Below, one piece after another: positions 58,647 to 64,000 of a stretch of DNA of 64,000 nucleotides (its first letter is position 1; every line of letters starts with the position of its first letter). The notes below the pieces were generated by a model. It was given only the letters and a program-made list of their open reading frames with translations. It did not search any database and was not told the origin of the DNA. This stretch comes from Candidatus Poribacteria bacterium (lineage in GTDB: Bacteria; Poribacteria; WGA-4E; WGA-3G), in NCBI GenBank assembly GCA_965214095.1, contig OZ243938.1, positions 4,672,001-4,736,000 of the forward strand, in the 5' to 3' direction. A program made the translations under genes and the position numbers.

Positions 58647-60566
58647 ATGAAAAACAGAATGCTTTTAATTTTGCTGGCGATAGGTATAATTTCTGTTTCC
58701 ATAATATCCATAATCGTAACAACAAAGAAACCTCCAGATGATTTTATTCCAGAGACACCGCAGCGGGATTTACCAAACGGTGTGAAAGCACGTATTGGGA
58801 AAGGTAGGATATTAGATGTTGCGTACGTTCCAGAAAGCACACAATTTGCTGTTGGCAGTTCTACTGGAATATGGTTCTATGACGCAAATACCTTAGAAGA
58901 AGTTGGTGCTATTCAAGGAAATACTGGTAAAAAACTCAGAATGTCTTTCAGTCCGGATGGAAAAACATTTGCGACAGTAGATGGTAGTAAAACTCTCCGT
59001 TTATGGGACACAGAAACTCTTCAGCACAAAGCTACTTTCATTCGTGATGCTTATCATGCTCCGGCTTTCGTATTTGATTATGTATCGTTTATTGGTGATG
59101 GTCAAACTTTGGCAAGTAGATATCTCGGCAGTGTTGATTTTTGGGATACTACTACATTTGCACATCACTCTGAACTTAGCACTTATACACATGGAAATAT
59201 GGCCTTTTGTTCGGATGGAAGACTACTTGCTTATGAATGGAATGATGGTATCCAAATAGTGAATGTTGCAGAAGACAAGAAAATGAAAAGCTTAAAGGTA
59301 CCAAGAGACCATATTGAGAGTTTTGCATTTAGTCCGGATGGACAAATACTTGCAGGTGGAACTCGTGACAAATTAATCAATTTGTGGAATATTGATACAA
59401 GTGGACTGAAGAAGACAATTAAAGCACATAAACATAGTATAGAATCTATTGCATTTAGTCCAGATGGGAAAACACTTGCCAGTGGAAGTTTTGATCAAAC
59501 TGTCAAATTATGGGATGTTGCTAAAGGAAAACATAAGAAGACATTCAAAGAGCATTCCAATGAAATACATAAAGTACTATTCAGTCCAGATGGAAAAACA
59601 CTTTTAAGTTATTGTCGGGATAGCATCGTTCATCAATGGGATGTTGAAACGGGTAAACATAAGAATACACTCAATGATCATAGAAATTTTGCCACTAGCA
59701 TATCGTTGAGTCCGGATGGTTTGACAATAGCAAGTGGAGGTCTGGACAAAACCGTACGTTTGTGGGATGCAAACACTGGTGAACACAAAATGGTGATTAG
59801 AGGACATAAATCAGTTGTAACTTCCGTATCCTACAGTCCTGATGGATTAACCATAGCGAGTGGTAGTCGTGATAAGAATGTTCGGTTGTGGGATGTTGCA
59901 ACAGGACAACATAAGAAAACACTACGAGGACATATAAGAGAAATAAAAAATGTCCGATTCAGTCCAGATGGAAACCTACTTGCAAGTCAGAGTCATAGAA
60001 GTGTCAGGTTATGGGATGTTAATACAGGTCGTCAAAAATACAATTATGTTATTAAACCCTTTAGTTCCTTTGAATTAGGTTTATCGTTCAGTTCGGATGG
60101 GAAATACCTTGCAAGTACTGGTAATGATGCGAAGATTTTTATGTGGGAAGTTTCCACAGGTAAACTCATTCGGACATTCAAAGGAGCGAATGGGATATTA
60201 GAAGATTTAGCGTTCAGTCCGGATGGAAAAACAATAGTATCTGGAGGAATTAACACACCTATGTATCTATGGAATACAGATACTGGAGAGCGGATCAAAA
60301 CTGTTAAAAGACGAACAGGTTTCATAAGCTCATTAGTATATAGTCCGGATGGGAAATACCTTGTAAATGGTAGTTATCATTCTAATTTACACTTTTGGGA
60401 TACTGACACCGGTATAAAAAAGAAAACACTCAAAGATCATGGACTTGCAATCTTTGATATCTTATTTAGTCGGGATGGATCAACACTTGTAAGTCAGAGT
60501 ATAGATGGAACTGTGTTTGTGTGGGATTTTACTTCTATATTGAAAACAATCAATACTAAGAATTAA
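58647..60566 (+). CDS. Membrane-anchored/secreted WD40-repeat protein
   Basis: N-terminal hydrophobic helix; LPNGVKARIGKG leader; more than 10 SPDG...WD repeats. Confidence 0.9.
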   Translation: MKNRMLLILLAIGIISVSIISIIVTTKKPPDDFIPETPQRDLPNGVKARIGKGRILDVAYVPESTQFAVGSSTGIWFYDANTLEEVGAIQGNTGKKLRMSFSPDGKTFATVDGSKTLRLWDTETLQHKATFIRDAYHAPAFVFDYVSFIGDGQTLASRYLGSVDFWDTTTFAHHSELSTYTHGNMAFCSDGRLLAYEWNDGIQIVNVAEDKKMKSLKVPRDHIESFAFSPDGQILAGGTRDKLINLWNIDTSGLKKTIKAHKHSIESIAFSPDGKTLASGSFDQTVKLWDVAKGKHKKTFKEHSNEIHKVLFSPDGKTLLSYCRDSIVHQWDVETGKHKNTLNDHRNFATSISLSPDGLTIASGGLDKTVRLWDANTGEHKMVIRGHKSVVTSVSYSPDGLTIASGSRDKNVRLWDVATGQHKKTLRGHIREIKNVRFSPDGNLLASQSHRSVRLWDVNTGRQKYNYVIKPFSSFELGLSFSSDGKYLASTGNDAKIFMWEVSTGKLIRTFKGANGILEDLAFSPDGKTIVSGGINTPMYLWNTDTGERIKTVKRRTGFISSLVYSPDGKYLVNGSYHSNLHFWDTDTGIKKKTLKDHGLAIFDILFSRDGSTLVSQSIDGTVFVWDFTSILKTINTKN

Positions 60567-60573
60567 ACTATGT

Positions 60574-61092
60574 CTGACGGCTCCCAAACCTAAAGGATTG
60601 GGGTTCTTTTAGGTCATCTTCTCACTCCGAGAGTTTTTTGAAAATGTGGGCATCTTTTATAGGCTTATAGACTACTCACTTGGGTTCAAGCCAAGTTTAC
60701 CAGCACAGCAATTGTGGGGGTGCCCGCCAAGACACGACTAACAGGGACTACTTTATTACCCCAAAATCGTCCCAGATACTTTGTCTATTGTTCTGTTATT
60801 TCGCGGTTGTGGAGGGAACACCGCCACAATCTCATAAAGCGATTCCAGAACTCATCACAAACGACTGGCAAGGATCACAACTTGCAGCGTATACAACCGA
60901 ATGTGGTATCGTTGAGAGTATCAACATCAACTCTGTCCAAGCAAGTGGATTGGATAGGACATTGGCAAGGTTGTCAATGATTGCTTTCCTATCCAGTTGA
61001 CATATAGAATATACCACATTTCTTGAATAAAATCAAGGTTTGTGGCAGTGTTTCATCCCAAATCTAAAGAATTGGACTTTCACACCGCAACG
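60574..61092 (-). mobile_element. Non-autonomous IS200/IS605-like element with no intact ORF
   Basis: Same-orientation terminal hairpins CCCAAA[C/T]CTAAAG[G/A]ATTGG at ~60583 and ~61057; minus-strand end AGAACCCCAATCCTTTAGGTTTGGGAGCCGTCAG resembles IS605/IS1341 right ends. Confidence 0.65.
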
Positions 61093-61144
61093 TTAGGTAA
61101 AATGAGAATACTCATTTCTTTGGAGTGGAGATACAACATTTGAC

Positions 61145-62482
61145 ATGAAAAACTTACGATTTACATTTCTAACAGTTCTGTTTCTGTGCATTTTGTCGTT
61201 TCAAAATTCATCCTATGCCCAAAATCACTGGAATCAGTTCAGGGGTCCAAACGGAGACGGAACAACTATTGCAACGAATCTCCCAACAGAATTTAACGAG
61301 ACCAAGAATCTACGATGGAAAACACCTATTCATGATAAAGGGTATTCATCACCTATTGTCTGGGAAAATCAGATTTGGCTTACAACGGCTCGGACGGATG
61401 GTACTGAACTTTTTGCTATATGTGTGGATCTTGAAAGTGGTGACATCATACATGACATTAAGGTATTCGACGTTGAAAACCCTCAACTTGAACATCCCGA
61501 TATAAATAGCCACGCCTCACCTACACCTATTGTGGAAGCGGGACGAGTTTATGTCCACTATGGCACTTACGGCACAGCATGTTTGGATTCGGAAACAGGT
61601 GATATCCTATGGGAACGTAGAAATCTCAACTGCGATCACCGTGTGCGTCCGGCTTCTTCTCCGATTATTGATGGCGAGTCTATTTTTCTCACCTTTGATG
61701 GCGTAGATATGCAATTCATTGCAGCACTTGATAAAAATACAGGGGATACCATTTGGTTAGAACATCGGAATTTTGACTCCGATTTTGGGAAGGTCCTGAA
61801 AGAAAAGGGTGTGAAAGATATTGAAAAAGTAAAAAAAGAGAAAGCAAATGACAACCGAAAATCTTATGCAACACCTACAATTATCACATTTCAAGGAAAG
61901 AAGCAATTGATAAGTCCTGCTGCTGAAGTTACGTTTTCTTATGACCCTAAAACAGGTGATGAACTTTGGCGTGTTCGTCATGTTGGATGGGGTTGGAATG
62001 TTGCATGTCGACCAATTTTCGCAAATGATCTCGTCTATTTTACAACGGGTATAGAAAAACAGCTGTTAGCAGTTGATCCATCAGGTGCAGGAGATGTAAC
62101 CGATACGCACATCGTTTGGAGTCACCGTAAAGGTTCTCCTGAAATACCTTCGCCTCTTATCATTGATAATCTGCTGTATATGATTAATGAAGGAGGCGTT
62201 GTAACGTGTTTAGATGCAAAAAATGGTGAAACGGTATGGAAAGGTCGTGCGAGTGGCAATTATTGGGCATCACCATTATATGCGGATGGAAAAATTTACT
62301 TTTTTAACATGGATGGGAGTGTGCCGGTAATTTCTGTGGGTCGGACATTCAATTTATTGACAACCAACAGGTTTGACACAGAATTTGTAGCATCCGGAGC
62401 TGTCGCTGGAAACAAGTTAATTCTCCGATCACTTACGCATCTTTATTGTTTTGAGAAAATGCATGACACTGATGACCATTGA
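61145..62482 (+). CDS. PQQ-like (BamB-type) beta-propeller protein
   Basis: W-x-QFRGP-x-G-x-G, SSPIV, HASPTP, D-x-x-TG-x-x-x-W repeats, SPL-x-ADGKIY. Confidence 0.9.
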   Translation: MKNLRFTFLTVLFLCILSFQNSSYAQNHWNQFRGPNGDGTTIATNLPTEFNETKNLRWKTPIHDKGYSSPIVWENQIWLTTARTDGTELFAICVDLESGDIIHDIKVFDVENPQLEHPDINSHASPTPIVEAGRVYVHYGTYGTACLDSETGDILWERRNLNCDHRVRPASSPIIDGESIFLTFDGVDMQFIAALDKNTGDTIWLEHRNFDSDFGKVLKEKGVKDIEKVKKEKANDNRKSYATPTIITFQGKKQLISPAAEVTFSYDPKTGDELWRVRHVGWGWNVACRPIFANDLVYFTTGIEKQLLAVDPSGAGDVTDTHIVWSHRKGSPEIPSPLIIDNLLYMINEGGVVTCLDAKNGETVWKGRASGNYWASPLYADGKIYFFNMDGSVPVISVGRTFNLLTTNRFDTEFVASGAVAGNKLILRSLTHLYCFEKMHDTDDH

Positions 62483-62535
62483 TAATATTAAATAAAAGTA
62501 TGTAAAGTTTTTGGCACTCATTTCTTACCATCCAT

Positions 62536-62624
62536 TGTAGGGCGAAGCCTACTACATTCAAACAATGGACGGGACACGGAGACCCGCAATACAATGTGTA
62601 ATCGTGGTTGGAAACCACTCCTAC
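62536..62624. repeat. REP-like cluster between convergent genes
   Basis: GTAGGGCGAAGCCTACTAC on +; GTAGGAGTGGTTTCCAACCAC on -, whose TAG is the stop codon of the adjacent ORF. Confidence 0.55.
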
Positions 62625-63043
62625 TTCCTGATTGTCATCTTGCGGGTGGCAGTGAAGCTACCGGCACGAAGGACATAGAAATATACACCACTTGCTACAG
62701 GTTCTCCATGTGCGTTGCGACCGTCCCAATACGCCGCACGGGAACGGTTCTGATAGATACCCGCAACCTGATGTCCCAAATTCAAACTACGCACAACACG
62801 TCCACGAATATCATAAATCGTTATCCCAACATCACTCGGTTTCGCCAGTTGATATGGAAACCACGTCTCTGGATTGAAGGGGTTCGGGAAGTTTGCTAAG
62901 AGTGCAGTTTCAATAGGTGTGAACAGTGCCAATAGTTGTTCTACCACGTCAATGCCACGCTGGTAGGTGCGAGAAGTGTTTCCTGATGCGCGTGCCTTAG
63001 TGAGAAATCCTTGTAGTTGTGCTTCCGCGAAATGTGATTGCAC
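62621..63043 (-). pseudogene. Orphan C-terminal FlgD-Ig/sorting-domain cassette (5' part of gene missing)
   Basis: YQRGI-x-VVEQLL...NFPNPFNPETW...ASGVYFY...TRKM matches the C-termini of 12000 and 29457; no signal peptide; in-frame stop ~30 nt upstream. Confidence 0.7.
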
Positions 63044-63062
63044 CTGCGCGCGGGCAGTTTGT

Positions 63063-63456
63063 TTATTCAGGGGTTACCTTTCTGATCTCCCATGTGTCGC
63101 CTTCTATTCGTACAGCTATAAAGTCATGCAACTTGCCATTGATATTACCTTCTAAAAATATCCCTTCACCTACAGTAGCAAAGCCAAACTGCCCTCTGCC
63201 GTCAGCAAGTACAGAGAATGTGTTACCTGTGCCGGGGTCAATGCAGCTATCTCCCGGCATCAACAGATCACCGACTTTACAGAGGTCTTGTTCTGACGGT
63301 TCCTCTTCTACATCCATTTCAGTTAAAACATCAGCTTCAGTTTCCATGACAACAACTGATTCAACATCCATCTCATCATCTGTGTCCATGTCTTCCGAGC
63401 ATCCGATTGCTACGAAAACACAAAATACCATTAATATTCGCGTTAAACTTTTCATT
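63063..63456 (-). CDS. Small acidic lipoprotein
   Basis: AGGAG RBS; lipobox AIGC; acidic linker; C-x-VGD-x-L-x-PGDSC motif; start may instead be the MFIMK ATG a few codons upstream. Confidence 0.65.
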
Positions 63457-64000
63457 ATGAACATTTCTCCTTTTAGATTAAAACACATTATTCTGTCTTG
63501 ATAACGTGAGTTTGATAATTAAATACTTGTCAACAGAGACCCCTTAGTTATTGTGAAGTTTACCAAAAACTAACAAAGCTAAGGAGTTCTCTGATGGATA
63601 TCATTACAATGTCTGTGAAATAGACGATTTCTTCCCTGTATATGAACAATATCATGTGCAACATCAGTTGGAAATACTCAGGAAAAGCTACATCTGCAGT
63701 AGATTGGTGCCTTCATCCGAGCAAAGTCATGATGATATTTGTGCCTTTTCATCATAAGTGGTATAAGAATTTCAAAACCTATTATCAGTATTATGTCTAC
63801 TACCGCTGCGTTGGGTGTTTCCAAACCTTGTCAGTTATAATCGTTAGTTGTGGTGTTTGAATGTGACATTTATCAGATTAGAAAAGACATCTTACTGCAA
63901 CATTTTCAAATCCGCCCAAATCCTCGTAAGTTTTCCACTTGCGGAGATTAACCCTCGCAACCGCACCGTTGCTAACTGCTCGCGATCCCCCGCATGCGAC

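Noticed and set aside
60680-61017. Small ORFs (106, 88, 61 aa) as TnpA/TnpB, or a group I intron (IStron)
   Set aside because: No HUH/Tyr, RuvC or zinc-finger motifs, and no convincing group I P/Q/R/S core.
63500-64000. ORF 63642-63860 and the GC-richer tail
   Set aside because: No RBS or recognisable motif; too little context at the window edge to call anything.

Overview
Low-GC bacterial window, most likely Candidatus Poribacteria. This is inferred from the gene repertoire: PhyH dioxygenases, Gfo/Idh/MocA oxidoreductases, a sulfatase, many secreted WD40/YWTD/LamG/cadherin/dockerin proteins, and C-terminal 'PNPFNPETW' domains. I found no rRNA, tRNA, CRISPR array or intact transposase. About 45 CDS are supported. 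The most striking locus is a five-gene + strand cluster (2286-8722): a 2-TM helical protein, two tandem PspA/Vipp1 (ESCRT-III superfamily)-like paralogues (one full-length, one with an insertion and a C-terminal truncation), a 600-aa protein with an HDxxGH...ExxAD metal-site-like motif, and a double-domain AAA+ ATPase. It is a candidate bacterial ESCRT-III plus ATPase membrane-remodelling system. Three sigma-54 promoters are visible; two carry the same paired TGCAC-N6-GGGCA boxes 30 bp apart, ahead of a 1110-aa putative outer-membrane barrel and a DUF4159 protein. Four unrelated secreted proteins share a C-terminal V-x-P...K-x-T-T-T-W-x-x-x-K tag. A ~520-bp non-autonomous IS200/IS605-like element has its own promoter. 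Several MITE families carry GTAG-REP hairpins inside them. A frameshifted four-helix-bundle gene is flanked by 23-bp inverted repeats. All calls come from reading motifs by eye; no database search was run.
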